A stretch of DNA of 63,970 nucleotides, filler included, from 4 parts of 4 records of this genome joined end to end with filler, not necessarily neighbours in it, one strand, 5' to 3'; positions 28,326 to 38,905 are shown, counted from the first letter of the whole stretch. Notes: a model not told the origin generated them from the sequence alone. Numbers and translations: made by a program.

Positions 28326-28841
28326 ATGTCTAGAAAAAGTTGGGTGTTTCCTTTTTTAATCGGATTTGTTCTATCCTGCTCTCAAAAGAAAGAGGGCGAG
28401 GACTTAAAACGTTTGGTAAAAGCTCAATTACAAAATACGCACACCAATGAGGAATGGTTTGCTCCCACAAGTGTTGCCCTTGAAGGTTTGACTTATGAAC
28501 AAGCTATTTGGAAAGACAGTACCACCAATCATTCCATAGCTGAGTTGACTTCTCACATCGCTTTTTGGAATGAAATGAATTTAAGGTCGTTCAAGGGTTT
28601 GGAGATTCCAGACCAGGAGATTGTAAATGACGATACTTTTCAAACCCCCACTGAGGAGGAATGGCTTAAAACATTGAAGCGATTGGACAGCATCCAGACC
28701 GAATGGGAGGTCTCCGTTGAAAAATCGAACGACATCAAAATAAAAGAGTGGAGCGAGGAAATTATCAATATGAGTGCCCATACAGGTTATCATTTAGGGC
28801 AAATAGTGTATTTGAGGAAACATAAAGCCTGGTGGAAATGA
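28326..28841 (+). CDS. DinB-family lipoprotein
   Basis: Lipobox VLSC; SIAEL..HI..WN and H..YH.GQI motifs. Confidence 0.8.
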   Translation: MSRKSWVFPFLIGFVLSCSQKKEGEDLKRLVKAQLQNTHTNEEWFAPTSVALEGLTYEQAIWKDSTTNHSIAELTSHIAFWNEMNLRSFKGLEIPDQEIVNDDTFQTPTEEEWLKTLKRLDSIQTEWEVSVEKSNDIKIKEWSEEIINMSAHTGYHLGQIVYLRKHKAWWK

Positions 28842-29692
28842 AAAAATCGCTCTTCCTATTAACCTTTGTGTTGACATTTTTGACCGTATCGGCTCAAAAA
28901 GAGCCCTATATAATTTACAACGCCAAAGGAAAAAAGGTCTCCTATAAAAAAATGCTGAAGACTTTGGAGAAAAAGGATATGGTGCTGTTCGGGGAGCTGC
29001 ACAATAATCCCATTGCGCATTGGCTACAATACGAGCTTACGGCCGACCTTCACAGCAAAAGACAGCTTATTCTCGGCGCTGAAATGATGGAAGCCGACAA
29101 CCAAGACGAGCTCAACGATTATTTATCGGGGAAAATAGACTACAAGGCTTTGGATTCCACTGCACGACTCTGGAACAACCACAAAACCGATTATGCGCCA
29201 TTGATAGACTTTGCCAAGGATAGCAGTTTGGTTTTTGTGGCATCCAACGTACCCAGACGCTATGCCAGTTTAGTCTACAAAGGTGGAGGGTTCCAAGCGC
29301 TGGACACCTTGTCACAAGAAGAAAAAAGATGGATTGCCCCCTTGCCCATAACCTACGACCCCGAATTACCAGGGTATCGCAATATGCTCAAAATGATGGG
29401 GGAACATGCAACACCTTCACTTGCAATGGCACAAGCATTAAAAGACGCCACAATGGCCCATTTTATACTTCAAAATTACAAAGAGGGTGCTTTGTTCCTT
29501 CATTTTAACGGAGCATACCATTCAAATGATTATGAGGGCATTCTTTGGTATTTACAATTGCAACGACCCGAATTGGAATACGGAACCATTTCAACTGTTT
29601 TGCAAGAAGATGTACAAAAGCTACAAGAAGAGAACTACCATATTGCTGATTTCATCATTTGTGTAGACCAAGACATGACCACTTCCTATTAA
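28838..29692 (+). CDS. ChaN-family (haem-uptake-like) exported protein
   Basis: FGELHN, EM, N.PR, AQ.LKDATMA, G.YHS; ATGA overlap with the upstream gene. Confidence 0.8.
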   Translation: MKKSLFLLTFVLTFLTVSAQKEPYIIYNAKGKKVSYKKMLKTLEKKDMVLFGELHNNPIAHWLQYELTADLHSKRQLILGAEMMEADNQDELNDYLSGKIDYKALDSTARLWNNHKTDYAPLIDFAKDSSLVFVASNVPRRYASLVYKGGGFQALDTLSQEEKRWIAPLPITYDPELPGYRNMLKMMGEHATPSLAMAQALKDATMAHFILQNYKEGALFLHFNGAYHSNDYEGILWYLQLQRPELEYGTISTVLQEDVQKLQEENYHIADFIICVDQDMTTSY

Positions 29693-29767
29693 TTCACCTA
29701 CTTTTTAATCGGGATGTCCCTGCAAGGGATAATTTGCTTATTTTTAGGGAACTAAACAACCAACCTC

Positions 29768-31798
29768 ATGAAAAGACTACGCATCACTTTGCTGCTGCTT
29801 GTGGCCATAAATCCTTTAGTATTTGGTCAAGTGCAGTCCAATCTGGAGTTATTGGATATCTTCAACATGGAATATGTCTCAGACCCCCAGATTTCTCCTG
29901 ATGGCTCAAAAATTATCTATGTTCGCAATTTTAAGGATGTAATGACGGACCGAAACCTTTCCAACTTATGGATCATCAATTTTGATGGCTCCAACAATCG
30001 ACCATTGACCACGGGCAACCATAACGATTTCGCCCCAAGATGGTCTCACGATGGCAAAAAAATAGTTTTCAAATCCAATATGGCGGATGATAAAATGAAG
30101 CTGTACCTTATGTGGTTGGATACCAAGGAAACTATGGCCCTCACCAATACACCACAATCCCCAGGCTCCGTTTCTTGGTCACATGACGATAAGCACCTAG
30201 CCTTCAACATGTTTGTGCCCGAAACGAATAAATCCATCATAAAAATGCCGGGCAAACCAGAAGGGGCCAAATGGAACGACCCACCAAAATACATCGACAA
30301 AATGAACTACCGTGGTGATGGTGCCGGGTATTATAAAGGAGGTAATTCCCAACTGTTCACCCTGCCAATTAGCGGAGGAACCCCAAAACAGCTCACCTTC
30401 TCAGAGTTTGACCATGGAGGACCCATATGGGCCAAGGACAACAGTCATTTATATTTTAGTGCCAACTTCCATAAAGATGAAGAATTTGAACCCGCGGATA
30501 GCGAAATTTATAGCATCAATATAACTGACGGAGAAATTACCCCCCTCACCGACCGATATGGTCCCGATGGGAACCCTGTATTGTCGCCAGATGGTTCCAA
30601 AATCGCCTATTTGGGTTACGATGACCGTCTACAAGGTTACCAAGTTACTCGTTTGTATGTTATGAACACCGATGGTTCCGATTCCCAATTGATATCCGGC
30701 GATTTTGACCGTGATGTTGAAGATATGGCCTGGAACAGTAAGGGCAATGGCCTTTATTTGATATATACCGACAAAGGTATGGGCAAATTGAGTTCGATCA
30801 GCCTATCGGGTAAAGTAGATGAAATTACCGATGGTTTGGGAGGCCTATCTTTGGGAAGACCTTACAATGCGGCCAGTTTTTCAGCCTCTGAGAACAACAA
30901 ATTTGCGTATACCCTGGGTGATACATCGCATCCTTCTGATTTGGGTGCGGCAGACACCAAAAGTTCCAACCGGTTAACAGCAGTCAACGATGACCTCTTT
31001 TCCTTTAAAAAATTGGGCAAAGTCGAAGAAATGTGGTGGGAGTCCTCCTATGATCAACGTAAAATACAAGGTTGGGTGGTAACGCCCCCAGATTTTGACC
31101 CATCGAAAAAATATCCGATGATCTTAGAAATTCACGGTGGACCTTTTACAAGCTACGGTGCGGTTTATTCCGCCGAAATCCAAGCATACGCCGCCGAAGG
31201 GTATGTGGTGCTCTACACCAACCCTCGTGGAAGTACCAGTTACGGCGAAGAATTCGGAAACCTGATACACCACGATTATCCCAATCACGATTATGAAGAT
31301 TTGATGTCGGGAGTAGACGCACTTTTGGAAAAAGGCTACGTAGATGAAGAAAACCTGTTTGTCACCGGTGGTTCCGGAGGTGGAGTGCTTACGGCATGGA
31401 TCGTGGGCAAAACAGACCGTTTTAAAGCCGCCGTAGTGGCCAAACCTGTTATCAACTGGACCAGTTTTGTGCTCTATGCGGATGGGGTACAGTTTTTCTC
31501 CAAATATTGGTTCGGTAAAAAACCTTGGGAAGACCCAGAAAACTATATGCGACGCTCCCCCCTCACCTATGTGGGCAATGTGACCACTCCCACCATGCTA
31601 TTGACCGGTGAAGAGGATTACCGTACACCGATTGCCGAATCTGAGCAATTCTACGCGGCATTAAAATTGGAGAACGTGGAAACCGCCATGGTACGGATTC
31701 CAGGCGCAGGGCACGGTATCGCCAACAAACCCAGCAACTTAATTGCAAAAATCGCTGCTGTATTGGCATGGTTTGACAAATACAAAGAAGACGAATAA
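29768..31798 (+). CDS. S9-family peptidase (acylaminoacyl-peptidase/DPP-like)
   Basis: PD40-like propeller, IHGGP, NPRGS, GGSGGG nucleophile, D-R, GH catalytic motifs. Confidence 0.92.
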   Translation: MKRLRITLLLLVAINPLVFGQVQSNLELLDIFNMEYVSDPQISPDGSKIIYVRNFKDVMTDRNLSNLWIINFDGSNNRPLTTGNHNDFAPRWSHDGKKIVFKSNMADDKMKLYLMWLDTKETMALTNTPQSPGSVSWSHDDKHLAFNMFVPETNKSIIKMPGKPEGAKWNDPPKYIDKMNYRGDGAGYYKGGNSQLFTLPISGGTPKQLTFSEFDHGGPIWAKDNSHLYFSANFHKDEEFEPADSEIYSINITDGEITPLTDRYGPDGNPVLSPDGSKIAYLGYDDRLQGYQVTRLYVMNTDGSDSQLISGDFDRDVEDMAWNSKGNGLYLIYTDKGMGKLSSISLSGKVDEITDGLGGLSLGRPYNAASFSASENNKFAYTLGDTSHPSDLGAADTKSSNRLTAVNDDLFSFKKLGKVEEMWWESSYDQRKIQGWVVTPPDFDPSKKYPMILEIHGGPFTSYGAVYSAEIQAYAAEGYVVLYTNPRGSTSYGEEFGNLIHHDYPNHDYEDLMSGVDALLEKGYVDEENLFVTGGSGGGVLTAWIVGKTDRFKAAVVAKPVINWTSFVLYADGVQFFSKYWFGKKPWEDPENYMRRSPLTYVGNVTTPTMLLTGEEDYRTPIAESEQFYAALKLENVETAMVRIPGAGHGIANKPSNLIAKIAAVLAWFDKYKEDE

Positions 31799-31809
31799 AA
31801 CCAAAAAGG

Positions 31810-32298
31810 ATGAAAAACGCAGTGATCCTTCTTTTAGTTTTGGCCTTGATATCCTGCGGAGAAAAACAGGACAAGGTGGTCGTGAAGCCTGTACAGACCA
31901 ATGAAATTGATGTGGAAGCCGAATTGGCAAAAATTGAACAGGTGCGAAAATCCTTCGAACAGACAGTGAAGGAAAGACGTTACGAAGATCTGGGAAAGTT
32001 TACCACAGAGGATATGATTTCTATCGGTCCTGGCAGTGAAGATTGGATTGCCTATAGAAAATTGAGAGAGCAACACGGAAACAAATTCCGTTATGACAGC
32101 ATAAAAATGAACCCCAAGGAAACCGTGATACTGTCCGATACCATGGCTTACGATTTCGGGATAAGTTCCGTGTACTATACCGATGAAAGCGGAACTGTCC
32201 ATAAAATGGAGGATACCTTTATGGTCATTATGAAAAAGACCAAAGACGGCGAATGGAAGTTGCACAGGGAACTTGCATCGTCGTTGGTAATAGATTGA
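31810..32298 (+). CDS. NTF2-like / DUF4440 lipoprotein
   Basis: Lipobox LISC; AYDFG, DGEWKL. Confidence 0.75.
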   Translation: MKNAVILLLVLALISCGEKQDKVVVKPVQTNEIDVEAELAKIEQVRKSFEQTVKERRYEDLGKFTTEDMISIGPGSEDWIAYRKLREQHGNKFRYDSIKMNPKETVILSDTMAYDFGISSVYYTDESGTVHKMEDTFMVIMKKTKDGEWKLHRELASSLVID

Positions 32299-32330
32299 TT
32301 TTCAAACCTATAACAGTAAACATTCCGACA

Positions 32331-33365
32331 ATGAAACCATCTGTAAAGAACAATGTGTTCCTTGCAATTTGTATTTGTCTCTTAGGATGTTCCCCCAGTA
32401 CAAAAGAAAAAAGCGAGCCAAACCAGAAAAGGGCCTATCAAGGACCCATAATCGATATGCACCTCCACGCATTGGAGGAAAACGAACTCTCGCCGGAACC
32501 CATGGCGATGTGCACTCCCCTATCCACCATTGTGCAACATTTTGACCCACAGAATGATTTTGGGGATGTCTTTTGGGGCAAAGCAGCAAATCCCGATTGC
32601 GAAAACCCCTATTGGTCTCCCGTTACCTACGAAGAGTATGTGGAAAGGCTGAGCAATCAGGTAGAAAAATATAATATTACGGCTATAACAAGCGGTAGCC
32701 TTCCCGCAACCAAAAAATTGATAAGTCATTTTCCCGATAAGTTTATCCGAGGAATCCAATTTCGAATAAACCGGGACAGTATTCCTGTGGACAGCTTGCA
32801 ATCGTTGATAGAAACTGAAGGACTGAAAGTATTGGGCGAAATAAGCAATCAATATGTTGGGATTGCACCCAACGACCCAAAAATGTTCCCTTATTATGCC
32901 TTGGCAGAAGAAATGGATGTTCCTGTTTTGCTTCACATGGGGAGTGGTCTTCCAGGGACGCCTTTATTTTTAAATCCAGAATACCAAGTCGCCCATTCCA
33001 ACCCATTACTACTGGAAGAAGTGCTGAAAAAATATCCTAAGATGCGGATATCCATTGCACATTATGGGGAGCCGTTCATTGATGAACTCATTGCGATGAT
33101 GTACCACTATCCGCAGCTTTATGTGGATTTGGGAGGTATCCAATGGTGCTATCCCCGTGAATATTTGTACCAGAGCCACTTGAAAAAAATGGTTGATGCG
33201 GGCTTTGGCAAGCGGATCATGTTCGGTTCGGATATGATTATTTGGCCAGAACTGATAGACGAATCCATCGCCATCATAAATGATGCTGATTTTTTGACCT
33301 ACGAACAGAAAGCAGATATCTTTTATAATAACGCAGCCAGATTTTTAAGGCTGCCCCATGATTAA
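32331..33365 (+). CDS. Amidohydrolase (Amidohydro_2) lipoprotein
   Basis: Lipobox LLGC from ATG 32331; IDMHLH, GE, LH, AH.G, MFGSD, NAARFL. Confidence 0.85.
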   Translation: MKPSVKNNVFLAICICLLGCSPSTKEKSEPNQKRAYQGPIIDMHLHALEENELSPEPMAMCTPLSTIVQHFDPQNDFGDVFWGKAANPDCENPYWSPVTYEEYVERLSNQVEKYNITAITSGSLPATKKLISHFPDKFIRGIQFRINRDSIPVDSLQSLIETEGLKVLGEISNQYVGIAPNDPKMFPYYALAEEMDVPVLLHMGSGLPGTPLFLNPEYQVAHSNPLLLEEVLKKYPKMRISIAHYGEPFIDELIAMMYHYPQLYVDLGGIQWCYPREYLYQSHLKKMVDAGFGKRIMFGSDMIIWPELIDESIAIINDADFLTYEQKADIFYNNAARFLRLPHD

Positions 33366-33406
33366 AACAATGCTAACTTTTCAAATAACCCATTAACTAT
33401 ATTATT

Positions 33407-33937
33407 ATGAAACATCAATTCATATTTGGCATCGCAACATTACTGATTATTGTTTTTGCCACCAGTTGTGAGCAACCCACCCCTAAACCGATGTCAGGAG
33501 AAGCATATTCCGCTGAAATTCAAAAAATTATTGAAGAAAAGAATGAAAAAATCGAAGGATTTTATGCTTCGGGCATGATCGACTCCGCAGCCGTACATTT
33601 CGCCGACAACAGTATCCAGTTTATGCCCAACCAACCTGCTGTTATCGGGGTCGAGAACTATAAAGCCGCTTGGAAACAGAACATTCAATTTGGAACATGG
33701 GAATTCGACCTTAATACGCAAGAAGTGAAGGCCAGTGGTGATTTGGCGACGGAATACGGCAAATACACCATGATATTTACACCAAATGAAAACTCGCCGA
33801 TTCCAGCTATGGAAGATAAAGGCAACTATATGGTGCTCTGGGAAAAAATGGATGGAGATTGGAAAGTGGTCTGGGATGCTCCCGTTACCGAATTGCCGTT
33901 GCCAGGCCAAACTCCAGACTCAACTATGGTAGAATAA
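33407..33937 (+). CDS. NTF2-like / DUF4440 lipoprotein
   Basis: Lipobox ATSC; GDLA.EYG.Y, G.Y.V.W.K.DG.WKV..D. Confidence 0.8.
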   Translation: MKHQFIFGIATLLIIVFATSCEQPTPKPMSGEAYSAEIQKIIEEKNEKIEGFYASGMIDSAAVHFADNSIQFMPNQPAVIGVENYKAAWKQNIQFGTWEFDLNTQEVKASGDLATEYGKYTMIFTPNENSPIPAMEDKGNYMVLWEKMDGDWKVVWDAPVTELPLPGQTPDSTMVE

Positions 33938-33949
33938 GTAGGCTCCAAA

Positions 33950-34798
33950 ATGATTCAACAACTCCACATACCTAAAAATCCAACACTTTTACAGGTCGTA
34001 AAGTTTATGACCTATGTGGAGTTGACCCAAGAGGATATCTTAGAGGGTAGAACAGCCATATTTCCGAATGCGACCACCAATATTTTGTTTTCTTTGGATG
34101 AGGAGATACTGGTCAACAAAACCTCATCGGCCCATTCCATTTATACCTCCTGCAGCTCCACCGTGTTCTTTAAACCTTATGCTGGAATGAAGTTCATGAC
34201 CATTCAATTTAGTAGTTACGGGCTTTCCTATTTAAAAAAAATACCTGCTTTCGAGTTACTGGACACGTTGAGCGAGTTGGATATCATTTTTCCTGCTAGC
34301 GAGATCGAGCAAATCGCCAACCAACTTCGAGAATGTAAATCCATCGGAGAGAAGTTTTCCTTACTGGAAATATTCATCAGCAAAAAAATGGGATTTCCAG
34401 AAATTGATCCCAGGCTCCCCTGTGCACTGCAACTTTTGAATTCCGAAAACTCGATCTCTATTGATACGTTGAGCCAGTCCCTTTGCATTTCAAATCGAGG
34501 ACTGCAAAAGTTGTTCAAAAAACATATTGGAATGAGTCCTGCATACTACCGAAAGATCATTCGCTTCAACAAGGCCGCTCAATTGCTTTCAAGCGATTCG
34601 AATAGCTCTTTGACCGAGATTTCCTATGCATGCGGTTATTTTGACCAGGCACATTTCATTAAAGATTTTAGGGAATTTGGAGGAATCTCCCCTTCCGAGT
34701 TCTTACGGTTCAAATCAAAGAGTTCGGATTTTTACAATTACAGAATTTCTGAATCGGATACCTTGGTTGCACTCAACGACCAGTACATCAAATCATGA
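33950..34798 (+). CDS. AraC-family transcriptional regulator
   Basis: R.LQ.LFK..IG.SP and GYFDQAHFIKDFR.F.G.SP. Confidence 0.9.
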   Translation: MIQQLHIPKNPTLLQVVKFMTYVELTQEDILEGRTAIFPNATTNILFSLDEEILVNKTSSAHSIYTSCSSTVFFKPYAGMKFMTIQFSSYGLSYLKKIPAFELLDTLSELDIIFPASEIEQIANQLRECKSIGEKFSLLEIFISKKMGFPEIDPRLPCALQLLNSENSISIDTLSQSLCISNRGLQKLFKKHIGMSPAYYRKIIRFNKAAQLLSSDSNSSLTEISYACGYFDQAHFIKDFREFGGISPSEFLRFKSKSSDFYNYRISESDTLVALNDQYIKS

Positions 34799-35715
34799 AG
34801 AAAATTTTAATCGGGTTGGTACTATTCTCCTTTTGGGGAACCCTGCACTCCCAAAAATACATAGGCCCCATAATAGATATGCACCTGCACGCCTACAATC
34901 AGGAACTGGGCAGCATGATGTTCGGTATGGACCATCCAAATCCATTGAAAAATGAAATGTACAAAGGCGTAAAAACACCCGAGCAGCTAAAAATCGAAAC
35001 CTTTAAAAAAATGGATGAGCACAACATTGTGTTGGCACTCACCTCCGATGGTCAATTATGGAAAGCCGACAATCCTGAACGCATATTGGTAAGCGGACGA
35101 AATATGCCCCTTGAACAGTTGAAAACGATGGCCGAAAAAGGAGAATTGGTTGCCATTGGTGAACTAAATCCGTTTTACGGCGGTGTTACCGCAGATGATG
35201 CCTCACTAGAACCATTGTTCGATTTAGCCGAAAAAGCCAATCTACCCGTGGGCTTCCATATTATGCCAGGAGGGCCACCTGGTGGACTTTACCATTTGGG
35301 AATGAGTGAAATCAGGGTAAAAAATGCCAACCCAAAACAGTTGGAGGACGTATTGGTCGCCCATCCAAACCTAAAGGTTTATGTAATGCACGGGGGATGG
35401 CCTTATTTAGAGGATATGAAAGCTATGCTGTACATGCATCCGCAATTGTATTTGGATGTGGCCGCGATTGACTGGGTATTGCCCAAAGCGGAATTCCATA
35501 ACTTCATTAAAGGTTTGGTGGATTCAGGTTTCGGTAACAGAATCATGTTTGGCACCGACCAAATGGTATGGCCTGAGACCATCGATATTGCGGTGGACGC
35601 CATCAATTCGGCAGAATTTCTGACACTGGAACAAAAAGAGGACATTTTTTATGACAATGCCGCTGAGTTTTTGGGACTGTCCCAAACGCAAATTGACAAT
35701 CATAAGAACCCATAA
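34795..35715 (+). CDS. Exported amidohydrolase (Amidohydro_2)
   Basis: Signal peptide; IDMHLH, GE, MHGG.P, MFGTD, NAAEFL; paralog of 32331-33365. Confidence 0.85.
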   Translation: MKKILIGLVLFSFWGTLHSQKYIGPIIDMHLHAYNQELGSMMFGMDHPNPLKNEMYKGVKTPEQLKIETFKKMDEHNIVLALTSDGQLWKADNPERILVSGRNMPLEQLKTMAEKGELVAIGELNPFYGGVTADDASLEPLFDLAEKANLPVGFHIMPGGPPGGLYHLGMSEIRVKNANPKQLEDVLVAHPNLKVYVMHGGWPYLEDMKAMLYMHPQLYLDVAAIDWVLPKAEFHNFIKGLVDSGFGNRIMFGTDQMVWPETIDIAVDAINSAEFLTLEQKEDIFYDNAAEFLGLSQTQIDNHKNP

Positions 35716-35732
35716 AACATAAAATTTGATAG

Positions 35733-36830
35733 ATGAGGGTCAACTATTTTATATGTGTTTATTGTTTTTTTATCGTGTCCGTAAGCTTTGGTCAACTTAC
35801 CAAAGAGGATGCGCCCAAAATCGAGGCCTTTGCCAAACAACTTTTTGATGAAGGAAAAACCCACGGTGCCCTGTTGGTTGCCGAGGGAGAAAACATAATT
35901 TATGAAGGAGCGTTCGGACTTGCCGACCGTAGCCTGAACATTCCCAACTCCCCTAAAATGCGATTCTGGGATGCAAGCGTGGGCAAAATGTTTACGGCTG
36001 TATTGATCTTACAACTGCTAGAAGAAGAAAAAGTCCTTTTGGGAGACCCCATATCCAAACACCTTCCATGGTTCAAGCATAAAATGGCCGATAAAATCAC
36101 CATCCACGATCTATTGAGCCACCGTTCCGGGTTCTCGAGTCAAGTTTATGAGGAAAGAGCGAAAGCGGAGCACGACCAAAAAAGCCAAAGGAGTATTCTG
36201 GAGCAAAAAATTGCAAAAACAGCTTTGGCATTCGAGCCGGGCACAGCATTTTTATACAGCAATACAGGATATGTGCTTCTTTCTGAAATTGTAATGGCTC
36301 ATTTGGGGGATGATTACAATGTCATTTTACAGGAAAAAATCTTTAAGCCTCTACATATGTCGGACACGTATTGGTCCGCTCCCATTTATGGGCCAAGCAT
36401 GCCCGTTTATTATCTTGAAACAGGCGAGCCATTGCTACCGGCAAAGGAGCTTGATTTTACCGGTCCTGGTGGGGAAAAAACCACCTTGCAGGACTTGCAT
36501 AAATTTATGATGGCCGTTGGAACGGATAAATTGATTTCAAAACAGTCTTGGGCTCTCGCATTTCAGCCCCATTCCCTGCCCGAAGAAGCAAAAAGTGGAT
36601 GGGGACCTCACCAAAGTCCATACGGCTATGGTTTTAGCTTGATCGATTTCCCGTATATGGGAAATGAGTTTGCTGCAACGGTCAGTCACGGTGGAGCTTC
36701 GGCCGGAACTTCCAGCTATGCACTTCGTTTTATTGACAACGACCGTATTGTTGTGCTTTGGAACAATGAATTTAAAAATCCGGTACTATTTGAGCTTTAT
36801 CAAGCTTTAAGCGATATCGCCACAAAATAA
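35733..36830 (+). CDS. Serine hydrolase, beta-lactamase/AmpC-like family
   Basis: SVGK (SxxK), LLSHRSG, YSN.GY, HGG. Confidence 0.88.
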   Translation: MRVNYFICVYCFFIVSVSFGQLTKEDAPKIEAFAKQLFDEGKTHGALLVAEGENIIYEGAFGLADRSLNIPNSPKMRFWDASVGKMFTAVLILQLLEEEKVLLGDPISKHLPWFKHKMADKITIHDLLSHRSGFSSQVYEERAKAEHDQKSQRSILEQKIAKTALAFEPGTAFLYSNTGYVLLSEIVMAHLGDDYNVILQEKIFKPLHMSDTYWSAPIYGPSMPVYYLETGEPLLPAKELDFTGPGGEKTTLQDLHKFMMAVGTDKLISKQSWALAFQPHSLPEEAKSGWGPHQSPYGYGFSLIDFPYMGNEFAATVSHGGASAGTSSYALRFIDNDRIVVLWNNEFKNPVLFELYQALSDIATK

Positions 36831-36847
36831 TTCATCATAAAATCAGA

Positions 36848-36875
36848 ATCCCGGTTTACAATTGTAAACCGGGAT
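36848..36875. terminator. Perfect 28-bp palindrome at contig end; probable terminator
   Basis: ATCCCGGTTTACAATTGTAAACCGGGAT, 17 nt after the stop. Confidence 0.6.
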
Positions 36876-36975
36876 NNNNNNNNNNNNNNNNNNNNNNNNN
36901 NNNNNNNNNNNNNNNNNNNTTAATTAATTAANNNNNNNNNNNNNNNNNNNNNNNNNNNNNNNNNNNNNNNNNNNN
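36876..36975. other. Artificial contig spacer
   Basis: 44 N + TTAATTAATTAA + 44 N. Confidence 0.98.
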
Positions 36976-37040
36976 AATACAAGCTATCACAAAAAGAATT
37001 CTCGCTATCACAAAGAGAATACCGGCAATCACAACTAGAA
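36976..37040. repeat. Degenerate 21-bp tandem repeat (3 copies) at contig start
   Basis: AATACAAGCTATCACAAAAAG / AATTCTCGCTATCACAAAGAG / AATACCGGCAATCACAACTAG. Confidence 0.7.
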
Positions 37041-37185
37041 ATTACCCACCACCCACTAAAAAACAATGACCATCATCTCCGCTACTCACCACTTACATTA
37101 ATAATGATGCAAGCCCCTAAAAGAGTATCTTTGTATAGAATAAAAATGAAGTCACTACATACAGTCTAGTAACCTATATAAATAG

Positions 37186-38001
37186 ATGATATACAAGCTA
37201 AGTTTATTTATTGCAATCATATTGTTTTCTTGTTCAAATAATAAACATGAAAGTCGAACAAAAAACTTCCCAACAGAGGAACTTCAAGTTGCTACCCCTC
37301 CAAATAAAGAAAATACATGGGTCTTTATCTTAGCAGGTCAATCCAATATGGCTGGCCGTGCGTTTGTAGAACCTAAAGATACCATCCCTAACAAGCGCAT
37401 TCTAACCATCAATAGCAAAGGGCAACTCATATATGCAAAAGAACCTCTGCACTTTTACGAACCTTCACAGAAAGGTCTCGACCTAGGCATGTCCTTCGCA
37501 GAAGAAGTATTAAAGAATTCCGCAGACTCTATAAGCATTTTGTTAATCCCTACAGCCATTGGCGCTAGTTCAATAGAACAATGGATTAATGATAAAAAAC
37601 ATAGAGATATTAAGCTACTCTCAAACTTTAAAGCAAAGCTAGACGTTGGTAATCAATACGGTATACTAAAAGGAATAATCTGGCATCAAGGAGAAAATGA
37701 TGCTCGTAATAAATCAAGCATACATACCTACAGTTCTAACCTCAAGCTTCTAACTTCTATATTCCGTGAAGTAGCAAACAACAACCAATTACCAATTCTT
37801 ATTGGTGAACTAGGCGATTTTTCAAATAATAAAGAAAATTGGAGCTTGCTAAACTCAAAAATTAATGACTTCGCTAAAACAGATAGCTTAATAAAAGTAG
37901 TTTCTTCTCACAATCTAAAAGATAAAGGCGACAAACTTCACTTTAACTCCAAAAGCATCAGAGAATTAGGCAAACGCTACGCCGAAACTTTTCTTAAATA
38001 A
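37186..38001 (+). CDS. Sialate O-acetylesterase (SASA / CE6-like SGNH) lipoprotein
   Basis: Lipobox LFSC; AGQSNM, WHQGE, DKLHF. Confidence 0.88.
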   Translation: MIYKLSLFIAIILFSCSNNKHESRTKNFPTEELQVATPPNKENTWVFILAGQSNMAGRAFVEPKDTIPNKRILTINSKGQLIYAKEPLHFYEPSQKGLDLGMSFAEEVLKNSADSISILLIPTAIGASSIEQWINDKKHRDIKLLSNFKAKLDVGNQYGILKGIIWHQGENDARNKSSIHTYSSNLKLLTSIFREVANNNQLPILIGELGDFSNNKENWSLLNSKINDFAKTDSLIKVVSSHNLKDKGDKLHFNSKSIRELGKRYAETFLK

Positions 38002-38128
38002 CAAAATACCCTCCCAAACAGTTTAAAAACAATCAAGCACAGCACATCTTAATATAAAAACCTCCAGTAAAAAGCAAATATGTTGTAAGTTTAACCCACT
38101 AACAAACAGCAACAACCATCCCATCAGT

Positions 38129-38788
38129 ATGAAATACGCAACCATCCTCTTAATCCTCCTTACTACAAACAGCATCCTAGCTCAAAACATCAAGCAAGTA
38201 GACTCACTTACCAAAGCAATGTGTACCTATTTAGAAACACTAGATATAAAAAACGATACACTAAAAATCGAAACCATGTATAAAGACCACTTATACCCGT
38301 TTCTAACTGGCGTAGAAGAAGAAAAAATAAACAATTTGGCGCAACAAGTTTATTTTAGACTGCAACGAAACTGCGTTTCTTTCAGAGACATACTAGATAG
38401 ATTGGATCCCCCAAAAGAAGCCTCAGTACGCATGACCACCAAGCCAATACCCACTATCTCTAAAAAGGAACTCAAAGAGTTTAAAAAGAAAACTAAGTTC
38501 TATTACTTCGAAGTCTCAGGAGATACCACAAATGTTCTTATGAAAAAAGGAAAATGGACCGATACCTTTACAAACAATACCTACTCCAAACTAACCTATA
38601 CCTGGCGCAATGATAATGAATTCGAGTTGGTGTTTATTGAAAGCAACAACGAAACAAGAGCTTTCGTCAGTGTTGAAGGCGATAGCTACTGGTATCAGGT
38701 TTTAGCAAAGGAAGACGGCTATTACCTCGTGTCTCTTAATATTCCTGGACAAAACATTTACGAAACCTTTAAGTTCTATTACTACTAA
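38129..38788 (+). CDS. Exported hypothetical protein
   Basis: Signal peptide; 219-aa ORF with a Cys pair. Confidence 0.65.
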   Translation: MKYATILLILLTTNSILAQNIKQVDSLTKAMCTYLETLDIKNDTLKIETMYKDHLYPFLTGVEEEKINNLAQQVYFRLQRNCVSFRDILDRLDPPKEASVRMTTKPIPTISKKELKEFKKKTKFYYFEVSGDTTNVLMKKGKWTDTFTNNTYSKLTYTWRNDNEFELVFIESNNETRAFVSVEGDSYWYQVLAKEDGYYLVSLNIPGQNIYETFKFYYY

Positions 38789-38867
38789 AGCGACCATCTT
38801 TTAGTTACCCCAATCCGTCCTTGTGTTTTTACAATGATTAAAATAAAGTTAAATAGGAGGTTTGTTT

Positions 38868-38883
38868 CTAAACGATTGTTTAG
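38868..38883. promoter_or_regulatory. TetR operator candidate 1
   Basis: CTAAACGATTGTTTAG near-palindrome overlapping TAGTTTTG (-7 box); near-identical copy at 39490. Confidence 0.7.
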
Positions 38884-38905
38884 TTTTGCCATGTAATTGA
38901 TAATA

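Noticed and set aside
35733-36830. True beta-lactamase resistance gene
   Set aside because: SxxK/YxN/HGG motifs are shared by many esterases and peptidases; nothing supports antibiotic specificity
36976-37040. CRISPR array
   Set aside because: Repeats are contiguous and degenerate, with no spacers and no cas genes
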